From Eledone cirrhosa (Eukaryota), in contig OZ024740.1 of assembly GCA_964016885.1 (NCBI GenBank), positions 216,194,001-216,258,000 of the forward strand: a stretch of DNA of 64,000 nt, given 5' to 3'. The position numbers were made by a program, and so were the translations under genes. Position 1 is the stretch's first letter, and the number at the start of each line of letters is the position of its first letter. The notes beneath the pieces were generated by a model, which was not told the origin of the DNA, did no database searches, and worked only from the letters and a program-made list of their open reading frames with translations. Below are positions 38,616-52,100 of the stretch, in pieces.

Positions 38616-39096
38616 CAGGGTAAGTCATAAGTAACAGGGCAGTCAATATATTTTTATTGGAAGGTTCACATGTTTTGAACATCCACTTCAAAATATATTG
38701 AGGAATGGGGTTAGCTTTTCAAACACCTACTTTAACCCTTTTGTGACTGTATCTCTAATGAAATACACTCTAATTCAATTAATTAATGAACAATTTCGAG
38801 GGATTTACTGAAAATATTAATTATTTCATTACTAGGATAGTAACTTAATGTAAGGTTCTTATATAAAATTATGTTGGAAGATTTTAATTTAAATTGGAAA
38901 CCTTTAAAAAGGATGATTTTATTTCATAAAACCAGAGCTGGTTTTGGCTGGGTTGGTAACTAAAGGCTTAATTTTAATTTTTTAATTACTTTTGTTTGAT
39001 ATATTTATAATTTTGTACTGTATGACCAGACTTTTCGTAAATATTATCATTTAGAATATAAATGTTAGACTGCCCGGTTACTTATGACTGACCCTG
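38616..39096. mobile_element. Tc1/mariner-like MITE
   Basis: TA-CAGGGTAAGTCATAAGTAACAGGGCAGTC ... GACTGCCCGGTTACTTATGACTGACCCTG-TA. Confidence 0.85.
38736..38967. mobile_element. piggyBac-like MITE nested in the mariner-like MITE
   Basis: TTAA-CCCTTTTGTGAC ... GGTAACTAAAGGC-TTAA. Confidence 0.7.
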
Positions 39097-39261
39097 TATA
39101 TTGGAATGGATATATTTTTTTAAGTCATATTAATTTAAATTAGTGGCTTCCCCACTGCAATTATTCTTACTCCACATTGTAATACAGCAAGAATAACCAT
39201 TGGAAGAGAAAAATATTTATAGCCAATAGCATGTGTATATTATATATTTAAAGTGGAGAAT

Positions 39262-39489
39262 TGGAAGAGACCCGATGGGTGAAGAAATGCCAGGAAATCC
39301 CAGTGGAAGAAAGCTGCAATAGAGAACAACCAAGAAAGACCTGGGCAGAGGTGGGAGCTGACCTCAAATTGCTAAGACAGGCAGAGGAGATGAGGAAGGA
39401 ACGCAACAAATGGAGAGATGCCATGCTGCGAAAGACCCGTCCAACCCATGCAAGCAGGAAAAAGTGGACGTAAAAACGATGATGATGAT
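39262..39489 (+). mobile_element. RTE LINE 3' fragment
   Basis: WVKKCQEIPVEESCNREQPRKTWAEV; (GAT)n tail. Confidence 0.85.
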
Positions 39490-39967
39490 TAGAATGTCAG
39501 ATAGAATGCTCTGCAATATCCATTCCAGCTTTCTGCTCCCTGAGTTCAAAACTTTCAGAAATCAACTTTGCCTTTCATCTTTCAGTCAAATACTAGGTTC
39601 AAATCTTCCTCTATATCTCTATCTATCCTTCCCGACAAGAAATTGGTTGTGTTTATAAAGCTGGAGAAAGGATAGGCTCCACTAGGTTTTAAATGCCCAA
39701 GATACATTGTATGTTTCTGTAGCAGCCCTATGATACCATCTGGATTTATGGCTCCAAACATACATTATATAATTAACAAAGGTCTTGAAATTTTGAATTT
39801 AAACTCAGAGACTACCGTTACAGATCCCAAGTTTGGAACTATTGTTTTTAACTTCATGTTCCCAACAAAAGGATTCCAAAGTGACATACAGTGTTTGAAA
39901 GAACAATGATCAATTGAACAATAATTATATATTAGAATAGTTTATTAGACAAGATTTTGGAACTTTA

Positions 39968-40150
39968 CCACATGGATACACTTATAAGCCAACCCCCCTA
40001 ATTTATGTCTGAGAAATGGACAAAAATCTAAACCTCATTTATAAGCCGAAGCAGCTAATCAACTCGTTTAGATGGTCTATACAAGTCAACCACGCACCCT
40101 ACCTCCTCATTTTACCAACAATTTTATGGTCACATATTCCTCAGCTTTGG
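39968..40150. mobile_element. pogo/Tigger-like MITE, family A, degenerate
   Basis: TTTATGTCTGAGAAATGGACAAAAATCTAAACC..GGTCACATATTCCTC shared with 28050-28242. Confidence 0.65.
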
Positions 40151-40704
40151 TAATACCAGCTGATAACTAAGGTTTTATTTTGCTAATTGTGGTTGAAATG
40201 TCATAAAAATACTTACTGGTACCAAAATACAATCCAGTATGGGGAAAACTGACATCATCTTCCTCTTCTTCCCGGCAGAGCTATTCTGCTAGAGAATGAG
40301 TCGCAGGTGGCGGATAGTGATATGGCCACCAGATACAATGGCTAGTTGTGATATAGGCGAGAAAATGCTGGACTAATAAGCAGGGGACATTAATAATAAA
40401 AATGTGGGTGTTTGCTATGGAGCTCATGTTATATTCTGAACATGGTGGATAAATTATATAGAAACTCTATGATGAAATACTTGAGATATAGTCAAGATGT
40501 TGGATGATAAATCATTAAGGAATAAGTAGTGATTATGTCCTGCGAAACTAATGTACTCTTTGGTCAGTCCTTCATTTTTGAAATAACAATAAATTTAGTT
40601 TTGAGTATCTTAAGAAAGGTGTTGAGAAATTCCTAGAATATTCTCTTGATCAATATGGTCTCCAGTAACGTTGAATTAAAACTCAGATGTATTATTTAAT
40701 GATG

Positions 40705-41070
40705 AGTAGAGGGTCGGATGCCATGCTTTGCAGCAAAGAGTTACAGCCCTTTATGGTCTGAGTTCAAATCCCGCTGAGGTTAACTATGCCTTTCATCCTT
40801 ACAAGGTCGATAAAATAAAGTACCAGCAATACACTGGGTAATTGCTGGCCTTGTGCCAAAAGTAGAAACAATTATTGGTTGGTAGATTGGCAGTATCGGT
40901 AGAGGGTCGGACGCCGTGCTTTGACGCATAGAGTTACAGCCCTTGCCATTCTGAGTTCAAATCCCGCTGAGGTTAACTTTGCCTTTCATCCTTATGGGGG
41001 TCGATAAAATAAAGTACCAGTAATGCACTGAGTAATTGCTGGCCTTGTGCCAAAAGTAGAAACAATTATT
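40705..41070 (+). mobile_element. Two tandem tRNA-derived SINEs
   Basis: Head GATTGGCAGTATCGGTAGAG, B-box GAGTTCAAATCCC, core and AGTAGAAACAATTATT tail. Confidence 0.88.
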
Positions 41071-41461
41071 TAATGAAGAGTGGTATCGAGAAGTAAGACA
41101 TCTCTTTGTGCACTAAATAAATCCATAACACAGTTTTACATGTTGCCTTTAGGCAGGTTTGTATTGTTAATAATCTTGGCTAAAATGTAGAAAAAAAAAT
41201 CTCATTTAACTGATCCCAAACATTCTCATTCAATTCACCCACCAAATCTCATTTACTGACTCAAGTGATCTCATTAATTGTCTCTAAGACCTCTACTGCC
41301 CAGCATCTATGGAACTAATTTTAGTTTGGGTTTCTGCGGTAAGAATAAAGTATTTTTTCCATTGGAATAGATAGGAGACATTACAAGAGACAAGGGAGTA
41401 TTGTTCAAGCAAAGAGATAAACATAACTTAGTGTTAACATCTTTAACTGTTACTATTTAAT

Positions 41462-41776
41462 CTGGTTGAGTATCTCTGCAGACATCAATTGACAACATAT
41501 AGACTGGTTGAGCAGACAACATATAAACTGGTTGAGTATCTCTACAGATGTCAATTGACAACATACAGACTGGTTGAGTATCTCTACAAATGTCAATTGA
41601 CAACATATAAACTGGTTTAGTATCTCTACAGACGTCAATTGACAACATATAAACTGGTTTAGTATCTCTACAGACGTCAATTGACAACATATAAACTGGT
41701 TTAGTATCTCTACAGACGTCAATTGACAACACATAGACTGGTTGAGTATCTCTACAGATGTCAATTGACAACATAT
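41462..41776. repeat. 42-bp minisatellite (~7.5 units) containing palindrome TGTCAATTGACA
   Basis: Unit CTGGTTGAGTATCTCTACAGATGTCAATTGACAACATATAAA. Confidence 0.9.
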
Positions 41777-42112
41777 GGCCAGAACTAACAGATGATAACC
41801 TTTTCTTATATAATCATTATTCACAAAATACTTCAACAATGCTGGTATAGTCACTGCCTCTGTTTCTCTCACTCTAATATTTATCATTCATTAAATACAG
41901 CCCATTACCTTCCCTTTAGTCTACTAAGCTATAACAGAATTTTACAAACTGTCTACACATGATATCAAACAGAAACTGACTTCGTTTTTTGTTTTTATAT
42001 TCTCATTTGATTCATTTTCACATTTCAGTAAACTAAAAATTAACAAAAGTGTATAGAAATATTTGTTTGAATACAAATCACATTAAAAACAACATAATTA
42101 TTAACATTATAT

Positions 42113-42312
42113 ATATATGTATAAAGGATGATGTGTTCAAGTATAGAGATGCTATAAAATAGAGGGGAGACCCTTAAAAGACAGAAAAAGAAGTTGCCAT
42201 CAGCCACTATGACGGCAACTTCTTTTTCTGTCTTTTAAGGGCCTCCTCCCTATTTTATAAGCTATGTTTATAGCATCCTTGCACTTGAGCACATCATCCT
42301 TTATACATATAT
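42113..42312. repeat. Foldback with ~90-bp arms flanked by (TA/CA)n
   Basis: TGTATAAAGGATGATGTG..CCCTTAAAAGACAGAAAAAGAAGTTGCC vs GGCAACTTCTTTTTCTGTCTTTTAAGGG..CACATCATCCTTTATACA. Confidence 0.9.
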
Positions 42313-42327
42313 ATACACACACATATT

Positions 42328-42358
<31 letters not shown>

Positions 42359-42524
42359 ATATACATACACGCATATATATATATACATACACACATGCAC
42401 ATATATGTATATACATACACACACGCACACACATATATACACACACACACATATACTTACACACATATACATACATACACACATACATACATACACACAC
42501 ATATATATATATATACACACACAC

Positions 42525-42579
<55 letters not shown>

Positions 42580-42635
42580 GTCTCTGCACTTAAAAGTTTG
42601 AGAATTCAGTTTACATTCATTGATTATAATTTATA

Positions 42636-43133
42636 GCAGTATTGGTAGAGGGTCAGACGTCATTCTTTGCCGCTTAGAGTTACGGCCCTTTACCTTTCAT
42701 CCTTACGGGGTCGATAAAATAAAGTACCAGTTATGTACTGGGGTAATTGCTGGCCTTGTGCCAAAAGTAGAAACAATTATAATTATTATCTTTATACATC
42801 CCAGTTAGGTCAACTTTGCCTTGTATTCTTTGCAAGGTTAATAAAATAAAATACCAGTGAAGTACTGGTGTTAATATACTCACCTGTTCCTTCTTCCCAA
42901 ACTTCAGTTCCCTACATATATAAAAAATTACCACTATTATTAGATGAATTGGCAGAGTCTTTCAAGCATCAGTTTAAGGGCTTCACAGTATTTGTTCCAG
43001 TTCTCTGCATTCTGAGTTCAAATCCTAATAAAGTCAGCATTATCTTTTATCCTTCTAGGGTCAATGAAATAAAATACCAGTAAAATTCTGGGTCAATGTA
43101 ATTCACTGTTCCCTTCTCGCTAAATTAGAAATC
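42636..43133 (+). mobile_element. Cluster of three SINE copies/fragments
   Basis: Core CCTTTCATCCTTACGGGGTCGATAAAATAAAGTACCAG and degenerate versions; B-box GAGTTCAAATCC at ~43014. Confidence 0.75.
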
Positions 43134-43134
43134 G

Positions 43135-46100
43135 AAGGGTGGGGAATTGACAGAATCATTAGAGCACCAGACAAGGGCTGGGGAACTGACAGAATCATTA
43201 GAACACCAGACATGGGCTGGGGAAAGACAATCATTAGAACACCAGACAAGGGCTGGGGAAAGACAATCATTAGAACATCAGACATGGGCTGGGGAAAGAC
43301 AATCATTAGAACACCGGACATGGGCTGGGGAACTGATAATCATTAGAACACCAGACAAGGGCTGGGGAGCTGACAGAATCATTAGAATACCAGACAAGGG
43401 CTGGGGAACTGATAATCATTAGAACACCAGACAAGGGCTGGGGAGCTGACAGAATCATTAGAATACCAGACAAGGGCTGGGGAACTGATAATCATTAGAA
43501 CACCAGACAAGGGCTAGGGAGCTGACAGAATCATTAGAATACCAGACAAGGGCTGGGGAACTGATAATCATTAGAACACCAGACAAGGGCTGGGGAGCTG
43601 ACAGAATCATTAGAATACCAGACAAGGGCTGGGGAACTGATAATCATTAGAACACCAGACAAGGGCTGGGGAGCTGACAGAATCATTAGAATACCAGACA
43701 AGGGCTGGGGAACTGATAATCATTAGAACACCAGACAAGGGCTGGGGAACTGACAGAATCATTAGAACACCAGACAAGGGCTGGGGAACTGATAATCATT
43801 AGAGAACCAGACAAGGGCTGGGGAACTGACAGAATCATTAGAGAACCAGACAAGGGCTGGGGAGCTGACAGAATCATTAGAGAACCAGACAAGGGCTGGG
43901 GTGCTGACAGAATCATTAGAGAATCAGACAAGGGCTGGGGAACTGACAATCATTAGAATACCAGACAAGGGCTGGGGAGCTGACAGAATCATTAGAACAC
44001 CAGACAAGGGCTGGGGAGCTGACAGAATCATTAGAATACCAGACAAGGGCTGGGGAGCTGACAGAATCATTAGAACACCAGACAAGGGCTGGGGAGCTGA
44101 CAGAATCATTAGAACACCAGACAAGGGCTGGGGAACTGACAGAATCATTAGAAGACCAGACAAGGGCTGGGGAGCTGACAGAATCATTAGAACACCAGAC
44201 AAGGGCTGGGGAGCTGACAGAATCATTAGAACACCAGACAAGGGCTGGGGAGCTGACAGAATCATTAGAACACCAGACAAGGGCTGGGGAGCTGACAGAA
44301 TCATTAGAATACCAGACAAGGGCTGGGGAGCTGACAGAATCATTAGAACACCAGACAAGGGCTGGGGAGCTGACAGAATCATTAGAACACCAGACAAGGG
44401 CTGGGGAGCTGACAGAATCATTAGAACACCAGACAAGGGCTGGGGAGCTGACAGAATCATTAGAACACCAGACAAGGGCTGGGGAACTGACAGAATCATT
44501 AGAACACCAGACAAGGGCTGGGGAGCTGACAGAATCATTAGAACACCAGACAAGGGCTGGGGAGCTGACAGAATCATTAGAATACCAGACAAGGGCTGGG
44601 GAGCTGACAGAATCATTAGAACACCAGACAAGGGCTGGGGAGCTGACAGAATCATTAGAACACCAGACAAGGGCTGGGGAGCTGACAGAATCATTAGAAC
44701 ACCAGACAAGGGATGGGGAGCTGACAGAATCATTAGAATACCAGACAAGGGCTGGGGAGCTGACAGAATCATTAGAACACCAGACAAGGGCTGGGGAGCT
44801 GACAGAATCATTAGAACACCAGACAAGGGCTGGGGAGCTGACAGAATCATTAGAATACCAGACAAGGGCTGGGGAGCTGACAGAATCATTAGAACACCAG
44901 ACAAGGGCTGGGGAACTGATAATCATTAGAATACCAGACAAGGGCTGGGGAGCTGACAGAATCATTAGAACACCAGACAAGGGCTGGGGAACTGACAGAA
45001 TCATTAGAGAACCAGACAAGGGCTGGGGAACTGACAGAATCATTAGAACACCAGACAAGGGCTGGGGAGCTGACAGAATCATTAGAACACCAGACAAGGG
45101 CTGGGGAGCTGACAGAATCATTAGAACACCAGACAAGGGCTGGGGAGCTGACAGAATCATTAGAACACCAGACAAGGGCTGGGGAACTGATAATCATTAG
45201 AATACCAGACAAGGGCTGGGGAGCTGACAGAATCATTAGAGAACCAGACAAGGGCTGGGGAACTGATAATCATTAGAATACCAGACATGGGCTGGGGAAC
45301 TGATAATCATTAGAATACCAGACATGGGCTGGGGAGCTGACAGAATCATTAGAATACCAGACAAGGGCTGGGGAGCTGACAGAATCATTAGAACACCAGA
45401 CAAGGGCTGGGGAGCGGACAGAATCATTAGAACACCAGACAAGGGCTGGGGAGCTGACAGAATCATTAGAACACCAGACAAGGGCTGGGGAACTGATAAT
45501 CATTAGAATACCAGACAAGGGCTGGGGAGCTGACAGAATCATTAGAGAACCAGACAAGGGCTGGGGAACTGATAATCATTAGAATACCAGACATGGGCTG
45601 GGGAACTGATAATCATTAGAATACCAGACATGGGCTGGGGAGCTGACAGAATCATTAGAATACCAGACAAGGGCTGGGGAGCTGACAGAATCATTAGAAC
45701 ACCAGACAAGGGTTGGGGAGCTGACAGAATCATTAGAACACCAGACAAGGGCTGGGGAGCTGACAGAATCATTAGAATACCAGACAAGGGCTGGGGAGCT
45801 GACAGAATCATTAGAACACCAGACAAGGGCTGGGGAACTGATAATCATTAGAATACCAGACAAGGGCTGGGGAGCTGACAGAATCATTAGAACACCAGAC
45901 AAGGGCTGGGGAACTGAGAGAATCATTAGAGAACCAGACAAGGGCTGGGGAACTGACAGAATCATTAGAACACCAGACAAGGGCTGGGGAGCTGACAGAA
46001 TCATTAGAACACCAGACAAGGGCTGGGGAGCTGACAGAATCATTAGAACACCAGACAAGGGCTGGGGAACTGATAATCATTAGAATACCAGACAAGGGCT

Positions 46101-49100
46101 GGGGAGCTGACAGAATCATTAGAGAACCAGACAAGGGCTGGGGAACTGATAATCATTAGAATACCAGACATGGGCTGGGGAACTGATAATCATTAGAATA
46201 CCAGACATGGGCTGGGGAGCTGACAGAATCATTAGAACACCAGACAAGGGCTGGGGAGCTGACAGAATCATTAGAACACCAGACAAGGGCTGGGGAACTG
46301 ACAACCATTAGAACACCAGACAAGGGCTGGGGAGCTGACAGAATCATTAGAACACCAGACAAGGGCTGGGGAGCTGACAGAATCATTAGAACACCAGACA
46401 AGGGCTGGGGAGCTGACAGAATCATTAGAATACCAGACAAGGACTGGGGAGCTGACAGAATCATTAGAGAACCAGACAAGGGCTGGGGAGCTGACAGAAT
46501 CATTAGAGAACCAGACAAGGGCTGGGGAGCTGACAGAATCATTAGAACACCAGACAAGGGCTGGGGAGCTGACAGAATCATTAGAACACCAGACAAGGGC
46601 TGTGGAGCTGACAGAATCATTAGAACACCAGAGAAGGGCTGGGGAGCTGACAGAATCATTAGAACACCAGACAAGGGCTGGGGAGCTGACAGAATCATTA
46701 GAGAACCAGACAAGGGCTGGGGAGCTGACAGAATCATTAGAGAACCAGACAAGGGCTGGGGAGCTGACAGAATCATTAGAGAACCAGACAAGGGCTGGGG
46801 AACTGACAGAATCATTAGAATACCAGACAAGGGCTGGGGAGCTGACAGAATCATTAGAACACCAGACAAGGGCTGGGGAGCTGACAGAATCATTAGAACA
46901 CCAGACAAGGGCTGGGGAGCTGACAGAATCATTAGAGAACCAGACAAGGGCTGGGGAACTGACAAAATCATTAGAACACCAGACAAGGGCTGGGGAGCTG
47001 ACAGAATCATTAGAACACCAGACAAGGGCTGGGGAGCTGACAGAATCATTAGAATACCAGACAAGGGCTGGGGAGCTGACAGAATCATTAGAGAACCAGA
47101 CAAGGGCTGGGGAACTGACAGAATCATTAGAGAACCAGACAAGGGCTGGGGAGCTGACAGAATCATTAGAACACCAGACAAGGGCTGGGGAGCTGACAGA
47201 ATCATTAGAACACCAGACAAGGGCTGGGGAGCTGAGAGAATCATTAGAACACCAGAGAAGGGCTGGGGAGCTGTCAGAATCATTAGAACACCAGACAAGG
47301 GCTGGGGAGCTGACAGAATCATTAGAGAACCAGACAAGGGCTGGGGAGCTGACAGAATCATTAGAACACCAGACAAGGGCTGGGGAGCTGACAGAATCAT
47401 TAGAGAACCAGACAAGGGCTGGGGAACTGACAGAATCATTAGAACACCAGACAAGGGCTGGGGAGCTGACAGAATCATTAGAGAACCAGACAAGGGCTGG
47501 GGAACTGACAACCATTAGAACACCAGACAAGGGCTGGGGAGCTGACAGAATCATTAGAACACCAGACAAGGGCTGGGGAGCTGACAGAATCATTAGAACA
47601 CCAGACAAGGGCTGGGGAGCTGACAGAATCATTAGAATACCAGACAAGGGCTGGGGAGCTGACAGAATCATTAGAGAACCAGACAAGGGCTGGGGAGCTG
47701 ACAGAATCATTAGAGAACCAGACAAGGGCTGGGGAGCTGACAGAATCATTAGAACACCAGACAAGGGCTGGGGAGCTGACAGAATCATTAGAACACCAGA
47801 CAAGGGCTGGGGAGCTGACAGAATCATTAGAACACCAGAGAAGGGCTGGGGAGCTGACAGAATCATTAGAACACCAGACAAGGGCTGGGGAGCTGACAGA
47901 ATCATTAGAGAACCAGACAAGGGCTGGGGAGCTGACAGAATCATTAGAGAACCAGACAAGGGCTGGGGAGCTGACAGAATCATTAGAGAACCAGACAAGG
48001 GCTGGGGAACTGACAGAATCATTAGAACACCAGACAAGGGCTGGGGAGCTGACAGAATCATTAGAACACCAGACAAGGGCTGGGGAGCTGACAGAATCAT
48101 TAGAATACCAGACAAGGGCTGGGGAGCTGACAGAATCATTAGAGAACCAGACAAGGGCTGGGGAGCTGACAGAATCATTAGAGAACCAGACAAGGTCTGG
48201 GGAGCTGACAGAATCATTAGAACACCAGACAAGGGCTGGGGAGCTGACAGAATCATTAGAACACCAGACAAGGGCTGGGGAGCTGACAGAATCATTAGAA
48301 CACCAGAGAAGGGCTGGGGAGCTGACAGAATCATTAGAACACCAGACAAGGGCTGGGGAGCTGACAGAATCATTAGAGAACCAGACAAGGGCTGGGGAGC
48401 TGACAGAATCATTAGAACACCAGACAAGGGCTGGGGAGCTGACAGAATCATTAGAGAACCAGACAAGGGCTGGGGAACTGACAGAATCATTAGAACACCA
48501 GACAAGGGCTGGGGAGCTGACAGAATCATTAGAGAACCAGACAAGGGCTGGGGAACTGACAGAATCATTAGAACACCAGACAAGGGCTGGGGAACTGACA
48601 GAATCATTAGAGAACCAGACAAGGGCTGGGGAACTGACAGAATCATTAGAGAACCAGACAAGGGCTGGGGAGCTGACAGAATCATTAGAGAACCAGACAA
48701 GGGCTGGGGAGCTGACAGAATCATTAGAACACCAGACAAGGGCTGGGGAGCTGACAGAATCATTAGAACACCAGACAAGGGCTGGGGAACTGACAGAATC
48801 ATTAGAGAACCAGACAAGGGCTGAGGAACTGATAATAATTAGAATACCAGACAAGGGCTGGGGAACTGATAATCATTAGAATACCAGACAAGGGCTGGGG
48901 AACTGACAATCATTAGAATACCAGACAAGGGCTGGGGAACTGACAGAATCATTAGAACACCAGACAAGGGCTGGGGAGCTGACAGAATCATTAGAGAACC
49001 AGACAAGGGCTGGGGAACTGACAGAATCATTAGAACACCAGACAAGGGCTGGGGAACTGACAGAATCATTAGAACACCAGACAAGGGCTGGGGAACTGAC

Positions 49101-52100
49101 AGAATCATTAGAGAACCAGACAAGGGCTGGGGAGCTGACAGAATCATTAGAGAACCAGACAAGGGCTGGGGAGCTGACAGAATCATTAGAACACCAGACA
49201 AGGGCTGGGGAGCTGACAGAATCATTAGAACACCAGACAAGGGCTGGGGAGCTGACAGAATCATTAGAACACCAGACAAGGGCTGGGGAACTGACAGAAT
49301 CATTAGAACACCAGACAAGGGCTGAGGAACTGATAATCATTAGAGAACCAGACAAGGGCTGGGGAACTGACAATCATTAGAACACCAGACAAGGGCTGGG
49401 GAGCTGACAGAATCATTAGAGAACCAGACAAGGGCTGGGGAACTGACAAAATCATTAGAACACCAGACAAGGGCTGGGGAGCTGACAGAATCATTAGAAC
49501 ACCAGACAAGGGCTGGGGAGCTGACAGAATCATTAGAATACCAGACAAGGGCTGGGGAGCTGACAGAATCATTAGAGAACCAGACAAGGGCTGGGGAACT
49601 GACAGAATCATTAGAGAACCAGACAAGGGCTGGGGAGCTGACAGAATCATTAGAACACCAGACAAGGGCTGGGGAGCTGACAGAATCATTAGAACACCAG
49701 ACAAGGGCTGGGGAGCTGACAGAATCATTAGAACACCAGAGAAGGGCTGGGGAGCTGACAGAATCATTAGAACACCAGACAAGGGCTGGGGAGCTGACAG
49801 AATCATTAGAACACCAGAGAAGGGCTGGGGAGCTGACAGAATCATTAGAACACCAGACAAGGGCTGGGGAGCTGACAGAATCATTAGAGAACCAGACAAG
49901 GGCTGGGGAGCTGACAGAATCATTAGAACACCAGACAAGGGCTGGGGAGCTGACAGAATCATTAGAGAACCAGACAAGGGCTGGGGAACTGACAGAATCA
50001 TTAGAACACCAGACAAGGGCTGGGGAGCTGACAGAATCATTAGAGAACCAGACAAGGGCTGGGGAACTGACAACCATTAGAACACCAGACAAGGGCTGGG
50101 GAGCTGACAGAATCATTAGAACACCAGACAAGGGCTGGGGAGCTGACAGAATCATTAGAACACCAGACAAGGGCTGGGGAGCTGACAGAATCATTAGAAT
50201 ACCAGACAAGGGCTGGGGAGCTGACAGAATCATTAGAGAACCAGACAAGGGCTGGGGAGCTGACAGAATCATTAGAGAACCAGACAAGGGCTGGGGAGCT
50301 GACAGAATCATTAGAACACCAGACAAGGGCTGGGGAGCTGACAGAATCATTAGAACACCAGACAAGGGCTGGGGAGCTGACAGAATCATTAGAACACCAG
50401 AGAAGGGCTGGGGAGCTGACAGAATCATTAGAACACCAGACAAGGGCTGGGGAGCTGACAGAATCATTAGAGAACCAGACAAGGGCTGGGGAGCTGACAG
50501 AATCATTAGAGAACCAGACAAGGGCTGGGGAGCTGACAGAATCATTAGAGAACCAGACAAGGGCTGGGGAACTGACAGAATCATTAGAACACCAGACAGG
50601 GGCTGGGGAGCTGACATAATCATTAGAACACCAGACAAGGGCTGGGGAGCTGACAGAATCATTAGAATACCAGACAAGGGCTGGGGAGCTGACAGAATCA
50701 TTAGAGAACCAGACAAGGGCTGGGGAGCTGACAGAATCATTAGAGAACCAGACAAGGTCTGGGGAGCTGACAGAATCATTAGAACACCAGACAAGGGCTG
50801 GGGAGCTGACAGAATCATTAGAACACCAGACAAGGGCTGGGGAGCTGACAGAATCATTAGAACACCAGAGAAGGGCTGGGGAGCTGACAGAATCATTAGA
50901 ACACCAGACAAGGGCTGGGGAGCTGACAGAATCATTAGAGAACCAGACAAGGGCTGGGGAGCTGACAGAATCATTAGAACACCAGACAAGGGCTGGGGAG
51001 CTGACAGAATCATTAGAGAACCAGACAAGGGCTGGGGAACTGACAGAATCATTAGAACACCAGACAAGGGCTGGGGAGCTGACAGAATCATTAGAGAACC
51101 AGACAAGGGCTGGGGAACTGACAGAATCATTAGAACACCAGACAAGGGCTGGGGAACTGACAGAATCATTAGAGAACCAGACAAGGGCTGGGGAACTGAC
51201 AGAATCATTAGAGAACCAGACAAGGGCTGGGGAGCTGACAGAATCATTAGAGAACCAGACAAGGGCTGGGGAGCTGACAGAATCATTAGAACACCAGACA
51301 AGGGCTGGGGAGCTGACAGAATCATTAGAACACCAGACAAGGGCTGGGGAACTGACAGAATCATTAGAGAACCAGACAAGGGCTGAGGAACTGATAATAA
51401 TTAGAATACCAGACAAGGGCTGGGGAACTGATAATCATTAGAATACCAGACAAGGGCTGGGGAACTGACAATCATTAGAATACCAGACAAGGGCTGGGGA
51501 ACTGACAGAATCATTAGAACACCAGACAAGGGCTGGGGAGCTGACAGAATCATTAGAGAACCAGACAAGGGCTGGGGAACTGACAGAATCATTAGAACAC
51601 CAGACAAGGGCTGGGGAACTGACAGAATCATTAGAGAACCAGACAAGGGCTGGGGAACTGACAGAATCATTAGAGAACCAGACAAGGGCTGGGGAGCTGA
51701 CAGAATCATTAGAGAACCAGACAAGGGCTGGGGAGCTGACAGAATCATTAGAACACCAGACAAGGGCTGGGGAGCTGACAGAATCATTAGAACACCAGAC
51801 AAGGGCTGGGGAGCTGACAGAATCATTAGAACACCAGACAAGGGCTGGGGAACTGACAGAATCATTAGAACACCAGACAAGGGCTGAGGAACTGATAATC
51901 ATTAGAGAACCAGACAAGGGCTGGGGAACTGACAATCATTAGAACACCAGACAAGGGCTGGGGAGCTGACAGAATCATTAGAGAACCAGACAAGGGCTGG
52001 GGAGCTGACAGAATCATTAGAGAACCAGACAAGGGCTGGGGAGCTGACAGAATCATTAGAACACCAGACAAGAGCTGGGGAGCTGACAGAATCATTAGAA

